From: an uncultured bacterium | Lineage (GTDB): Bacteria > Patescibacteriota > Minisyncoccia > Phycocordibacterales > UBA6065 | NCBI GenBank assembly: GCA_963841935.1 | Contig: CAWJEP010000005.1 | Location: 164,003 to 228,002, forward strand | Length of the DNA: 64,000 nucleotides | Direction: 5' to 3' | Part shown: positions 10,373-19,678 of the stretch, one piece after another | Numbering within the stretch: the first letter of the stretch is position 1 | How the letters are laid out: each line of letters starts with the position of its first letter | Translations under genes and position numbers: made by a program | Notes under the pieces: model-generated | Database searches by the model: none | What the model was told of the DNA's origin: nothing | Seen by the model: only the letters and a program-made list of their open reading frames with translations

Positions 10373-11650
10373 ATGGAAGAAGGAAAAAACTCCCGGACGA
10401 AAACAAGTCTCGCCATAGTCATCGTCGTGTTATTGGCTTTCGTCGCGGGATACTTTACCGCGAAATCTTCGAATGAAGTCGGGCCGAGTCCCGAGCTTTC
10501 AAACGCCACAACGAGCGAGCCCTCAAGCGTGGACTTTTCTCCTTTTTGGAAAGCTTGGAATGTCTTAAACACCAACTATGTCGACGCCACCACGAGCGCT
10601 TCGACGACTCAAAACGAAGTTTGGGGAGCGATCCAAGGAATGACAGCGTCACTCGGAGACCCTTACACCGTATTTTTCCCGCCGACCGAAAATCAAGATT
10701 TTAACGACGAAATCAGCGGGAGTTTCGGCGGCGTCGGCATGGAGATGGGCGTGCAAAAGGGCGATATTGTCATCATCGCCGCGTTAAAAGGCACGCCCGC
10801 CGACTTGGCCGGAGTTAAATCCGGAGATATTCTGGTGGGAGTCAACGGGCAAGACGCGACGACGATGACGCTCGACCAAGTCATCAACATCATTCGCGGC
10901 AATCCGGGCACGACCGTGACCATAAGCGTCGAGAGACATGGCGTCGCCGCTCCGATAAACTTCACACTCACGCGCGCGACCATAAACGTGCCGACCATCG
11001 AGACGAGCACCGCTCAATCTTCCATAAGCACCATAAGCACGACGACTCTCTCCACTTTGTCGAATGACCGTATTTATCTCATCGCCCTTTACACTTTCAC
11101 CTCCGACGCGGCAAATCTCTTCCGAAACGCTCTCAAACAATTCGCCGCGTCGGGCGACCACAAACTCATCATCGACCTGCGCGGGAATCCCGGCGGCTAT
11201 CTCGACGCCGCCGTCGACATGGCGAGCTGGTTTCTCCCGTCATCCGACATTGTAGTGAAAGAACAATATGCCGACGGCCAAGAAGATATATATCAAAGCA
11301 AGGGCTACGACGTCTTCGACAACGGCAACACCGAAATAGTCATCCTCGTCGACGGCGGTTCGGCATCGGCATCGGAAATATTTTCCGCCGCTTTACATGA
11401 TTATCACAAGGCAACTCTCGTCGGCGAGAAAACTTTCGGCAAGGGCTCTGTCCAAGAACTTTTTCCGATTACTCCCGATACTTCGCTCAAAGTGACCATC
11501 GCTAAATGGCTCACGCCCGACGGCGTTTCAATTTCCGAAAAAGGCATCACGCCCGACTATGTCGTCGCGGCCACTTCCACTCCGGTCATTAGCGGCGTCA
11601 GCGACCCGCAAATGGCGAAAGCCATAAGTCTCCTCGAAGCGCAAAACTAA
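10373..11650 (+). CDS. S41 family C-terminal processing peptidase with PDZ domain
   Basis: N-terminal TM, LGDPYT, GGVGM PDZ, DLRGNPGG, SASASEI, TFGKGSVQ. Confidence 0.93.
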   Translation: MEEGKNSRTKTSLAIVIVVLLAFVAGYFTAKSSNEVGPSPELSNATTSEPSSVDFSPFWKAWNVLNTNYVDATTSASTTQNEVWGAIQGMTASLGDPYTVFFPPTENQDFNDEISGSFGGVGMEMGVQKGDIVIIAALKGTPADLAGVKSGDILVGVNGQDATTMTLDQVINIIRGNPGTTVTISVERHGVAAPINFTLTRATINVPTIETSTAQSSISTISTTTLSTLSNDRIYLIALYTFTSDAANLFRNALKQFAASGDHKLIIDLRGNPGGYLDAAVDMASWFLPSSDIVVKEQYADGQEDIYQSKGYDVFDNGNTEIVILVDGGSASASEIFSAALHDYHKATLVGEKTFGKGSVQELFPITPDTSLKVTIAKWLTPDGVSISEKGITPDYVVAATSTPVISGVSDPQMAKAISLLEAQN

Positions 11651-11654
11651 TTAG

Positions 11655-11671
11655 TCCGCCGACGAGGCGGA
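11655..11671. repeat. Short GC-rich hairpin after the S41 peptidase gene
   Basis: TCCGCC-GACGA-GGCGGA with no U-tract. Confidence 0.4.
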
Positions 11672-11710
11672 TTGGAAAAAACAACACCTCTGTGTTAGAC
11701 TGAAAAACCT

Positions 11711-12154
11711 ATGAAAGTAGCACTGCTAAAAGATGTTCCGGGTTTGGGCAAGAAAAATGACATAAAAGATGTCTCCGACGGCTACGCCCTAAACCTTCTC
11801 ATCCCGCGCCGCCTAGCGGAAGCGGCAACGACCGGTGTCATATCCCGCATCGAAATCGCCAAGAAATCGGAAGAGGCGGAGAAACTCATCAAAGAAGACT
11901 TGCTCGGCAAAAATCTCCACACGATAGACGGCAAGACTGTGGAAATAGAAGCCGAAGCGAACGAAAAAGGAAGTCTCTTTGCCGGTATTCACAAAGACGA
12001 GATAGTAAAAGCGGTCAAAGAAGAAATCGATGTCGACCTCCTCCCTGATTTCATCGTTCTCGACAAAGCCATAAAAGAAGTTGGCGAACACAAAATCGAA
12101 CTCAAAGTCCACGGCAAATCGGCGGCGTTTACGCTGAATATTGAGAAGAAGTAA
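11711..12154 (+). CDS. rplI: 50S ribosomal protein L9
   Basis: MKVALLKDVPGLG...VSDGYALN and GSLFAGI. Confidence 0.95.
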   Translation: MKVALLKDVPGLGKKNDIKDVSDGYALNLLIPRRLAEAATTGVISRIEIAKKSEEAEKLIKEDLLGKNLHTIDGKTVEIEAEANEKGSLFAGIHKDEIVKAVKEEIDVDLLPDFIVLDKAIKEVGEHKIELKVHGKSAAFTLNIEKK

Positions 12155-12165
12155 GTACTCTGTTT

Positions 12166-12846
12166 ATGAAATTAAACATCAAAAAACTCTTAGATTTTTT
12201 TGATGATAAAGAGGATTCTCAAAAAGGAGATGCAAATGCTTTTATGGCAATGTTTGGTGAGGATTTAAATGCTTCGGCATATGAACATTTTAGAAAAAAC
12301 AAGGTAACAATTCTTAATAGTTCAGTCCTCACCGGTACCGGTAAAGGTAAAATGCTGGATAGGTGGATATTAGACAATGGGAAATTATATCAATGTGAAA
12401 TTAAAAATTGGGCTGCAGGTGCCATTGGAGGTAAGAGGTTAAAATCTATTCCAAGCGATGATAAAAGAAAAGAGGTTGTTAAATATTATTGGGAACGCGA
12501 GTTAAAAGATAATTTCTCAAGTAAAACAAAACATCCGACCGGTGTTTCTAAGGTGTTACTTGAAATGAAACCACCAGGAGATTATAAAAAATTTAAAATC
12601 GAACCGTTACTTATATACTGGATGCCAATTTCTTCTGATAAAAAAGGACTAAACCCGTTGTCCGTCCTTTCTATAAAACCTCTGAAGTTAAAGATAGAAA
12701 CTAAATTTTCAAAAATTCATATCTTTTCCGTATCTCTATATCTTCGTCAGCTATACAAAAAAAGTAGGGGACAAAAAATCATCGACCTATATATGCCGCA
12801 CTTTGAACACAGAATGAAAATATTACGTGCCTTTCAAAAGAAATGA
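12166..12846 (+). CDS. Hypothetical protein, probable PD-(D/E)XK nuclease fold
   Basis: AT-rich ORF with E...LDRWI...QCEIKNW, matching the catalytic pattern. Confidence 0.5.
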   Translation: MKLNIKKLLDFFDDKEDSQKGDANAFMAMFGEDLNASAYEHFRKNKVTILNSSVLTGTGKGKMLDRWILDNGKLYQCEIKNWAAGAIGGKRLKSIPSDDKRKEVVKYYWERELKDNFSSKTKHPTGVSKVLLEMKPPGDYKKFKIEPLLIYWMPISSDKKGLNPLSVLSIKPLKLKIETKFSKIHIFSVSLYLRQLYKKSRGQKIIDLYMPHFEHRMKILRAFQKK

Positions 12847-12861
12847 TGCAGAGCGGTTTTT

Positions 12862-13134
12862 TTATTTCACGCTGACGATGTTTTTTATTTTCGTCTTGTT
12901 GTTGAAACCGAGTTTGCGTTTCGTGGAGAAAGAAACGATGCCAGGCTTTGCGGCATAGATAGTAAAGTCGCGGCCGAGAGAAGTGTTTTTGCCCGCGAGA
13001 GTGTTGAGACCTTCTTGGCGGATGATGATAGAGCCGACTTTCGCCGTTTCACCAGCGTAAAGCTTCACGCCTAGGTAGCGTGGGTTGCTGTCTCGTCCGT
13101 TTTTGACTGTTCCGCCGGCTTTTTTAGTTGCCAT
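12862..13134 (-). CDS. rpmA: 50S ribosomal protein L27
   Basis: MATKKAGG...NGRDS...LGVK...GRDFTIYA. Confidence 0.95.
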   Translation of the reverse strand: MATKKAGGTVKNGRDSNPRYLGVKLYAGETAKVGSIIIRQEGLNTLAGKNTSLGRDFTIYAAKPGIVSFSTKRKLGFNNKTKIKNIVSVK

Positions 13135-13155
13135 ATTCGTTTATAATTAAGCTCT

Positions 13156-13518
13156 ATGAGATTAACTGAAAGCTTGGAAAAAATCAAGTCTTTGGCGCTG
13201 TTACTCACCAGAAAGGACATTTATGTTGCTCTCATCATAATCCTCGTGGGAATTGCGTCTTTTTGCCTCGGAGCGTTGTGGCAAAAAGACGCGAGCCGTC
13301 CCGATATTACCATTCAAAACGCCGCTTCGGCCGATTTGGCGGCAGGCGAGGAGGGAAGCACTACCGACGCTTATGTCGGCTCTTATACGAGCAAAATCTA
13401 TCGTTTAAAGACCTGTCCGGGAGTCAGCGCGATAAACCCTCAAAACGAGGTCTTTTTCGCGACCAAAGACGACGCCGAGGCGGCCGGATATATAGCGGCC
13501 AAAAACTGCAAGATGTAA
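13156..13518 (+). CDS. Membrane-anchored protein with an Ada-like metal-binding domain
   Basis: TM helix, then YVGS...IYRLKTC...FFAT...AEAAGY...C. Confidence 0.7.
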   Translation: MRLTESLEKIKSLALLLTRKDIYVALIIILVGIASFCLGALWQKDASRPDITIQNAASADLAAGEEGSTTDAYVGSYTSKIYRLKTCPGVSAINPQNEVFFATKDDAEAAGYIAAKNCKM

Positions 13519-13570
13519 AAAATGGCTTGAAATCGAGGTATTGACGACTATTCGATTTCATTACCAAATA

Positions 13571-13599
13571 TTGACAAAAAAGAGCCCATATGATAAGCT
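13571..13599 (+). promoter_or_regulatory. Sigma70-type promoter with extended -10
   Basis: TTGACA (13571-13576), 17-nt spacer, TAAGCT (13594-13599) with TG at 13591-13592. Confidence 0.7.
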
Positions 13600-13703
13600 T
13601 GGCGTAGCCAGAGCGAGCCTCTGGTCTTTCTTTTTCTAAAAACTTTTCTCTCAAAGACGCAAGTCGACAGGGAATATTCTTAGAAAAATCCTTCTTTGAA
13701 ATT

Positions 13704-14183
13704 ATGATCGGTCTTACAACGGGACTCTTTATGTTGGCCACGGCAGCAATGCCGATGACCTTGGACGCTTCGACTATTGCAGGAGCATCGACAACCATAC
13801 AGAGCCCCACTTCAACTGACTCGAAATCATCGACAACGACTCCTCAAATCGCTTTGCAAGATTTCAAGACTCTCGAAGCGTATGTCCGAGCGTATTTCAA
13901 AAATACGCCGGAGCTCGCAGAGATCGCGAAATGTGAATCAAACTTCAGACAATATGATGACAAGGGTGCCATCCTAAAGGGAACAGTGGACAAGGACGAC
14001 ATCGGCATCATGCAAATCAACAAGTATTACAACGGAGACAACGCCGAGAAACTCGGCTACGATATTTACACCATAAAAGGCAACCTCGCTTACGCGAAAG
14101 TCCTCTACGATAAATTCGGAACCGACCCGTGGCAAAGTTCGCAGAAGTGTTGGGAAAGCAAAGTTGTTGCGATGAAGCAATAA
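13704..14183 (+). CDS. Secreted lytic transglycosylase-like (lysozyme-fold) protein
   Basis: Signal-like N-terminus, S/T linker, IAKCES catalytic Glu, GIMQIN, terminal PW. Confidence 0.75.
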   Translation: MIGLTTGLFMLATAAMPMTLDASTIAGASTTIQSPTSTDSKSSTTTPQIALQDFKTLEAYVRAYFKNTPELAEIAKCESNFRQYDDKGAILKGTVDKDDIGIMQINKYYNGDNAEKLGYDIYTIKGNLAYAKVLYDKFGTDPWQSSQKCWESKVVAMKQ

Positions 14184-14184
14184 A

Positions 14185-14221
14185 AACAAAAAGCCCCGCC
14201 TCATCGGCGGGGCTTTTTGTT
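14185..14221. terminator. Bidirectional intrinsic terminator
   Basis: AACAAAAAGCCCCGCC-TCATC-GGCGGGGCTTTTTGTT between convergent genes. Confidence 0.85.
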
Positions 14222-14307
14222 GTGAGGGGATAGAGGGAGCTATATTATATGTATGTCGCACAATGTATGTTTTGGGTAGTATAAGTCTAATCGCTTTTGG
14301 GTAGCTT

Positions 14308-14589
14308 CTAAATCGCCTGTGGAGACACTTGCTGAATGTTCGGCGTGTTGTTATTTACCTTTATGTTTTGTATGCCCTGGGTAAAAGCGTTCCAGAGGGT
14401 CTGACCTACCGTGTTCCAAATGTAGTTAAACGGCGCGGAGAGATAGTTGTTCCAGACGTAGGTAGCGCCGTTTAGAACATATGAGATGTTGCTTTGGCCC
14501 GTCGGCGAATTTACGACTTGCTGAATGTTAATGCCGAAATAACTCAATACGAGAATAAGTATTATGAAAATTATAATCCATTTAATCAT
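14308..14589 (-). CDS. Small membrane protein of unknown function
   Basis: Hydrophobic N-terminus IKWIIIFIILILVLSYFG; TGaTATACT lies 6 nt before ATG 14589. Confidence 0.7.
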   Translation of the reverse strand: MIKWIIIFIILILVLSYFGINIQQVVNSPTGQSNISYVLNGATYVWNNYLSAPFNYIWNTVGQTLWNAFTQGIQNIKVNNNTPNIQQVSPQAI

Positions 14590-14628
14590 GAGCAAAGTAT
14601 ATCAAAATCCGGACTTAAACTTTCGGGC

Positions 14629-15954
14629 TTATACACACAACTTGACAGCACGCTCAATTCGTGAGATTGCTGTTTTCTTTCCCAAAATAGAGCAAAGCGT
14701 AAAAGGGTCCGGAGATTTGTCTTTGCCCGATAGCGCGAACCGTAGAGCCCAAAGCACCGGTCCGCGGCCTTCTTTCTCCGAATAAGGCCAGATGACGACT
14801 TTAACCTTTTCAGCGGTAAAATCTTTGTCCGAGACTTTTTCCAGTAATGCCGCGACGGCGGTCAAATGTTTTTTCACGGCGGATAAATCCCCTTCACCTT
14901 TCCAAAGGAGTTTCTCCGGAGAGAATTTCGGCTCTTCGAAATAAAAATCAAATTCGCCTTTCTTCGCCATATCGGCAATGTCGCCGAAAGTTTCAACGCG
15001 CTCGATAATATTCGGCGTGATGCGTTTGACCATATCGTCGCTTTTACCGAGCCATTTCGCCACTTCCCTCTCCTCCTCCTTCAGGGGCATTTTTTTTATA
15101 TGCTCTTTGTTGACCCAGCGAAGTTTTTCTTCGGAAAAAATGGCGCCGGATTTCTGCACGCGTTCGAGAGAAAAAACTTTTATAAGTTCTTCTTTGGAAA
15201 ATATTTCCTGCTCGGTTCCCGGATTCCAACCGACGAGCGCCATGTAGTTAATAAGGGCTTCGGGCAGAAATCCGGCGTCGCGATATTCCGTCATAGCTTT
15301 GGCACCTCGGCGCTTGGAAAGTTTGGAACGGTCGGCGGCGAGGACCAGAGGCAAATGAGCATACTGTGGGATTTTCTCGCCCAAAGCTTCGTAGAGAAGA
15401 ATGTGGCGCGGCGTATTTGAGATATGGTCCTCGCCGCGAATGACGTGCGTGACGCCGGAATACGCGTCGTCAACGACAACCGCGAGGTGGAATACCGGCT
15501 CATCGAGCGATTTCGCCACGACAAAATCGCCAAGTTCCGTGGTGTCAAACTCCACTTTGCCTCGGATGATGTCGTCCCAAGCGACTTTCCTGTTGGGATT
15601 TTTAAATCTGATGACTTCGGCTCGGTCGCCTTCTTTTTGGATTTTTTCCTTAGAAACGTAAGCTTTGCCTTCGGCGATGAGTTTCTCCAGAGCTTTTTTA
15701 TGCGCGGCACTACGACTCGATTGTCGATACATTTCGTCGTATTCGAGGCCAAGCCACTTTAGACTTTCAATAATGTTTTCCTCGTATTTTTTTTTGGAAC
15801 GAAGAGTGTCCGTGTCTTCAATGCGTAAAATAAATTTCCCGCCTTTTTGTCTGGCGAAAAGATACGAGAAAACGGCCGTTCGATAACTTCCCGCGTGAAA
15901 AAGCCCCGTCGGAGACGGCGCGAAACGTGTGACGATGTTTTTCTTGGTTTCCAT
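14629..15954 (-). CDS. gltX: Glutamyl-tRNA synthetase
   Basis: RFAPSPTG, LRIEDTD, HVIRGEDH, KLSKR. Confidence 0.96.
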   Translation of the reverse strand: METKKNIVTRFAPSPTGLFHAGSYRTAVFSYLFARQKGGKFILRIEDTDTLRSKKKYEENIIESLKWLGLEYDEMYRQSSRSAAHKKALEKLIAEGKAYVSKEKIQKEGDRAEVIRFKNPNRKVAWDDIIRGKVEFDTTELGDFVVAKSLDEPVFHLAVVVDDAYSGVTHVIRGEDHISNTPRHILLYEALGEKIPQYAHLPLVLAADRSKLSKRRGAKAMTEYRDAGFLPEALINYMALVGWNPGTEQEIFSKEELIKVFSLERVQKSGAIFSEEKLRWVNKEHIKKMPLKEEEREVAKWLGKSDDMVKRITPNIIERVETFGDIADMAKKGEFDFYFEEPKFSPEKLLWKGEGDLSAVKKHLTAVAALLEKVSDKDFTAEKVKVVIWPYSEKEGRGPVLWALRFALSGKDKSPDPFTLCSILGKKTAISRIERAVKLCV

Positions 15955-17082
15955 TTATGATTCGTGAGCGAGCGCGATGTTGATGATTTCTCTGGCGATT
16001 TTATCGGCGGCGTCGCGAGTGGCGAAAGTTTTCGTCGCCGCCGCCATTTTCGAAGAAATCGCGGGATTTTCCAAAATACGCCTGACCTCGGCGAGGAGAA
16101 CGTGCGGCGTGAGATTTACTTCTTCGATGACCGAGCAAGCTCCCGTGGCGGCGTAAGCGAAAGCGTTTGACGTCTGGTCGTGGCTGACTTCTTCAGAAAT
16201 CGGAATGATGATGGAAGGTTTTTTCCACAAAGCGATTTCGAATATGGACGAGCCGCCGCGCGATATGACGAGAGATGACGCGCCGGCGGCCATTCGAAGC
16301 GCGACGATGTTTAGATATGAAAGCGGCTTGTAACGATTTCTAAACGGATTATCTTTGAGAACCACGGCGACTGTGGATACGACAGCGTCGTAATTGGTCT
16401 TGCCGGTCTGATGAATGACCGAGTAATTTTCGACAAGTTCCGGCAAGATGTCTATGATACTTTCATTTATTTTCTGCGAGCCCTGAGAACCTCCAAGAAC
16501 AAATATTACGGGAGAAGACGCTTCGAGTCCGAAAAACTTCCAGGGCTCCGTCGTAATCGGGTCCATGATTTCCGGCCTGACGGGATTGCCCGTGTGGGCT
16601 ACTTTGTCTTTTGGAAAATACTCGGCCGCCGATTCATAAGACACGGCGATACGCTTGGCGAATTTTCCCGCCCATTCGTTCACTTTGCCCGGCTTGGAGT
16701 CCGACTCGTGGATGACGACGGGAATGCGCAAAAGTCGCGCGGCAAGTAGCGGCGGAAAGCTGGCATAACCGCCTTTACCGAAGACAACATCCGGATATAT
16801 GGACCAGACGGCGACGACGGCCTTGACCACGCCTATGCCCGTCTTGAAATAATCAAAAATATTTTTAAAAGAAAAATATCTGCGTATCTTGCCGGCGTAA
16901 GAACGTCTAAAAACTATACCGTTTTCAAAAAGCAGACGTTCGTCGTAAGGCGACGGCGCCATGTAATAAATCTGGGCGTCTATAAATCTCTCGGCCTTGA
17001 CTATTTTTTTCAGCGATTCCGCCACGGCTATTATGGGGTAGAAATGACCGCCCGTTCCCCCGCCGGCAAGCAATATTTTCAT
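15955..17082 (-). CDS. murG: MurG (lipid II GlcNAc transferase)
   Basis: GGGTGGH, KGGYAS, HESD, GNPVR, GGSQG. Confidence 0.96.
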   Translation of the reverse strand: MKILLAGGGTGGHFYPIIAVAESLKKIVKAERFIDAQIYYMAPSPYDERLLFENGIVFRRSYAGKIRRYFSFKNIFDYFKTGIGVVKAVVAVWSIYPDVVFGKGGYASFPPLLAARLLRIPVVIHESDSKPGKVNEWAGKFAKRIAVSYESAAEYFPKDKVAHTGNPVRPEIMDPITTEPWKFFGLEASSPVIFVLGGSQGSQKINESIIDILPELVENYSVIHQTGKTNYDAVVSTVAVVLKDNPFRNRYKPLSYLNIVALRMAAGASSLVISRGGSSIFEIALWKKPSIIIPISEEVSHDQTSNAFAYAATGACSVIEEVNLTPHVLLAEVRRILENPAISSKMAAATKTFATRDAADKIAREIINIALAHES

Positions 17083-17095
17083 GGAGAAAATTATA

Positions 17096-18199
17096 TCACA
17101 GGGCTTTCGAGGAACGAGAGATGTTGAAAATAATTCCCACTTCTATTAAAAGCAAGATAAGCGCCGTGCCGCCCTGCGAAACGAATGGGAGTGGAATGCC
17201 GGAAAGCGGTAGAAGCCCGATCATGGCGCCGATGTTGACGAACGCTTGAATGAAAATATAAGAAGCAATGCCGACGACCAGATATGAGCCGAAAGAATGG
17301 TCTACTGCGCGCGCGACTTTGAGAGCCCGCATGACAAAAAACATAAAAAGTCCGAGAAGGGCCACGGAGCCGACGAAACCGAATTCTTCGGCGGCGACGG
17401 CGAATATCGAATCGCCGACTGGCTCGGGTAGGTCGCCGAATTTTTGGATACTTTGGCCGAAACCTCTCCCCACCGCGCCGCCGGAACCGACGGCGATGAG
17501 AGATTGTTGTATTTGGTAGCTAGCCGTCAAAGAATTTTCCGACGGATTGAGATACGTCTCGATGCGTTGCATGACGTAAGGGCGAAGAAACGCAACGGAG
17601 CCGAGAAGGACCACGCCTATGACGATAAGCGTGGTTATGTGGGAAAGTTTTCCTCCGGCGGAAAAATACATGAAAAAAAGCGAAGCGGCAATGACGAAAA
17701 AAGTGTCGGTATCTTTTTGAAGCAGGCAGAGCGTGGCGACGATACCAATGATAATGACGGTCGGAAGAAGTCCGAGCCTCCAAGTCGCCACTTGGTCCTT
17801 GGCGGCGGAAAGCCACATAGCAAAGTATATTATCGAGGCGATTTTCAAAAATTCTGACGGCTGGAAAGAAAGCGCGCCAAGATTTAGCCAGCGTATGGCG
17901 CCGCCGTACTCGAGTCCCAAATGCGGAACAAAAAGCAAGAGGTTGAGAAACACGGCGGCAATAAAAATATACAAGGCAAAAGGACGGATTTTCTTGTAAT
18001 CAATCTTGGAAAAGACCCACATTAAAATCAGTCCGGGAATGAAAGCAAAAAATATTTGCTTTAGGGCTATGGAAGTGAAATACGAAGTGCCGCGCGAAAG
18101 AAATCCGAGCGCGGCCGAAAGAAAAATCAAAATCCCGACGGCGCAAAGTATCAAAGTCGAGACGAGAAGCTGTTTGTCTACGGAACCTTCGGTTCTCAT
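17096..18199 (-). CDS. ftsW: SEDS family peptidoglycan polymerase (FtsW/RodA)
   Basis: RW...FQPSEFLK, LPEPVGDSIFAVAAEEFG, GIPLPFVSQGG; adjacent to murG; start at ATG 18199. Confidence 0.9.
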   Translation of the reverse strand: MRTEGSVDKQLLVSTLILCAVGILIFLSAALGFLSRGTSYFTSIALKQIFFAFIPGLILMWVFSKIDYKKIRPFALYIFIAAVFLNLLLFVPHLGLEYGGAIRWLNLGALSFQPSEFLKIASIIYFAMWLSAAKDQVATWRLGLLPTVIIIGIVATLCLLQKDTDTFFVIAASLFFMYFSAGGKLSHITTLIVIGVVLLGSVAFLRPYVMQRIETYLNPSENSLTASYQIQQSLIAVGSGGAVGRGFGQSIQKFGDLPEPVGDSIFAVAAEEFGFVGSVALLGLFMFFVMRALKVARAVDHSFGSYLVVGIASYIFIQAFVNIGAMIGLLPLSGIPLPFVSQGGTALILLLIEVGIIFNISRSSKAL

Positions 18200-18218
18200 G
18201 CAAACATTGTAGCAAAAA

Positions 18219-19139
18219 TTATTCTTTTTGAGCTTCGGCTTGCATCGCGGCGGCGGCCAGTGCTTCCATGTCGGTAAATCTGCCGTCATAGGACGATCCG
18301 AGAACGACAAGGGCCACGGGATGCATGAGACCGGCATCGAGAATAACGGCGAGATTACCTCCGGCAAGGTCGGTATAACCAGTTTTTGAGCCGACAACCG
18401 ACGGAATATAAGGCAGGGCGTCGTCGGTGTTCGTCGCCACGTGGTTCACTAGATTCGAAGACAGGGTGATTTTTTCGTTTGTCGTGGCGGATAGAATCGA
18501 TGGAAAGTTTTTAAGAATATAGCCGACCAAATTCGCCACGTCTTTGGCCGAACCGTAGCCGCCGGAGGTCGTCGTGCTTTCATCCAGGCCGGAAGGATTG
18601 TAAAAATACATGTCGGAAAGGCCGAGCGCCTCCGCGGTATCGTTCATCTCCTGAACAAAAACGCTTTCAGGGTCGCTCGCCGAAGAAGTGGCGATGACAG
18701 AGCCCGCGACGTCGGCAATGGAGTCAATGCCGTCGTTCGACGACACAACTAGGGTAAAAGCCAAAAGATTTTTGAAACTCCAAACTTCTCCGGGGTCGAG
18801 CCCGTCGCTGTCTCCAGTCGTAATCGGAATATTGGTCTCCGGAGGAAGATATTTTTCCGCGACAACGGCGGAAACGAGCTTGGTAATGGACGCGAGCGGC
18901 AAGACTTCTTCGGCATTTTTGTCGAAAAGAATTCTGCCGGTGGATAAATCTAGGGCATAAGCCGCTTTGGCTTCTAGGTTTAAAGAAGCAAAAGGGTCAA
19001 CGAGCGGAGCCGCGCCCGCGGGCGCGGGCGCGGCGACGTAAGTTTTATGTGAAATGGAAATGGCCAAAGCGGCGACCAAAATCGCCAGAGCTGCGAGAGC
19101 TAGCGCTATATGCGCTTTTCTTTTTATCAAAAATTCCAT
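18219..19139 (-). CDS. D-alanyl-D-alanine carboxypeptidase (S11)
   Basis: SxxK (ASITK), SxN (SSN) and KTG motifs; N-terminal TM. Confidence 0.9.
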   Translation of the reverse strand: MEFLIKRKAHIALALAALAILVAALAISISHKTYVAAPAPAGAAPLVDPFASLNLEAKAAYALDLSTGRILFDKNAEEVLPLASITKLVSAVVAEKYLPPETNIPITTGDSDGLDPGEVWSFKNLLAFTLVVSSNDGIDSIADVAGSVIATSSASDPESVFVQEMNDTAEALGLSDMYFYNPSGLDESTTTSGGYGSAKDVANLVGYILKNFPSILSATTNEKITLSSNLVNHVATNTDDALPYIPSVVGSKTGYTDLAGGNLAVILDAGLMHPVALVVLGSSYDGRFTDMEALAAAAMQAEAQKE

Positions 19140-19147
19140 TTAAAAAA

Positions 19148-19675
19148 TTATAAGTCCGGCGTCTCTTCGAATTTCTTCAAAGCTTCTTTTACCTTATCAA
19201 ACTCCGGCAACTCTTCAAGTTTGGCGACGCCGAGATGGGCGAGGAGATCAGTCGTCGGCTTGTATAGAAATCCCCTTCCGCCGTCTACTTCCCTTTCAAT
19301 AAGTCCGCGAATAAGCAAATTGCGCAAAATGAAAGAAGAATTAACGCCACGAATATAATCAATCTCGCTTCTCTTTGCCGAACCCTTGTAAAGAATCACG
19401 GCGATGGTTTCAAGTCCGGCTTTGCCCAAATCTCTCGAGAGTTCTTCTTTCGTCAGCGTCTCGATGAGCGCCGAAACGGAGGGCGATGTGCGGAGTTCCA
19501 CTTCTTCTCCGTTACGAATCAAAGATATACCTCGATTCACGAGTGTATTTTCCAATTCCGAAAGCGCGGCGGCGATTTCGGATTCTTTGACTTTCAAAGC
19601 GGCGGCGAGTTTCTTTGTTGTCATCGGTTCGGCTTTGAAAAAAAGCACCGCTTCTATTTGCGATGAGAGATTCAT
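19148..19675 (-). CDS. scpB: SMC-Scp complex subunit ScpB
   Basis: IEAVLF, LETIAVILY, IDYIRGVNS. Confidence 0.93.
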   Translation of the reverse strand: MNLSSQIEAVLFFKAEPMTTKKLAAALKVKESEIAAALSELENTLVNRGISLIRNGEEVELRTSPSVSALIETLTKEELSRDLGKAGLETIAVILYKGSAKRSEIDYIRGVNSSFILRNLLIRGLIEREVDGGRGFLYKPTTDLLAHLGVAKLEELPEFDKVKEALKKFEETPDL

Positions 19676-19678
19676 ATT

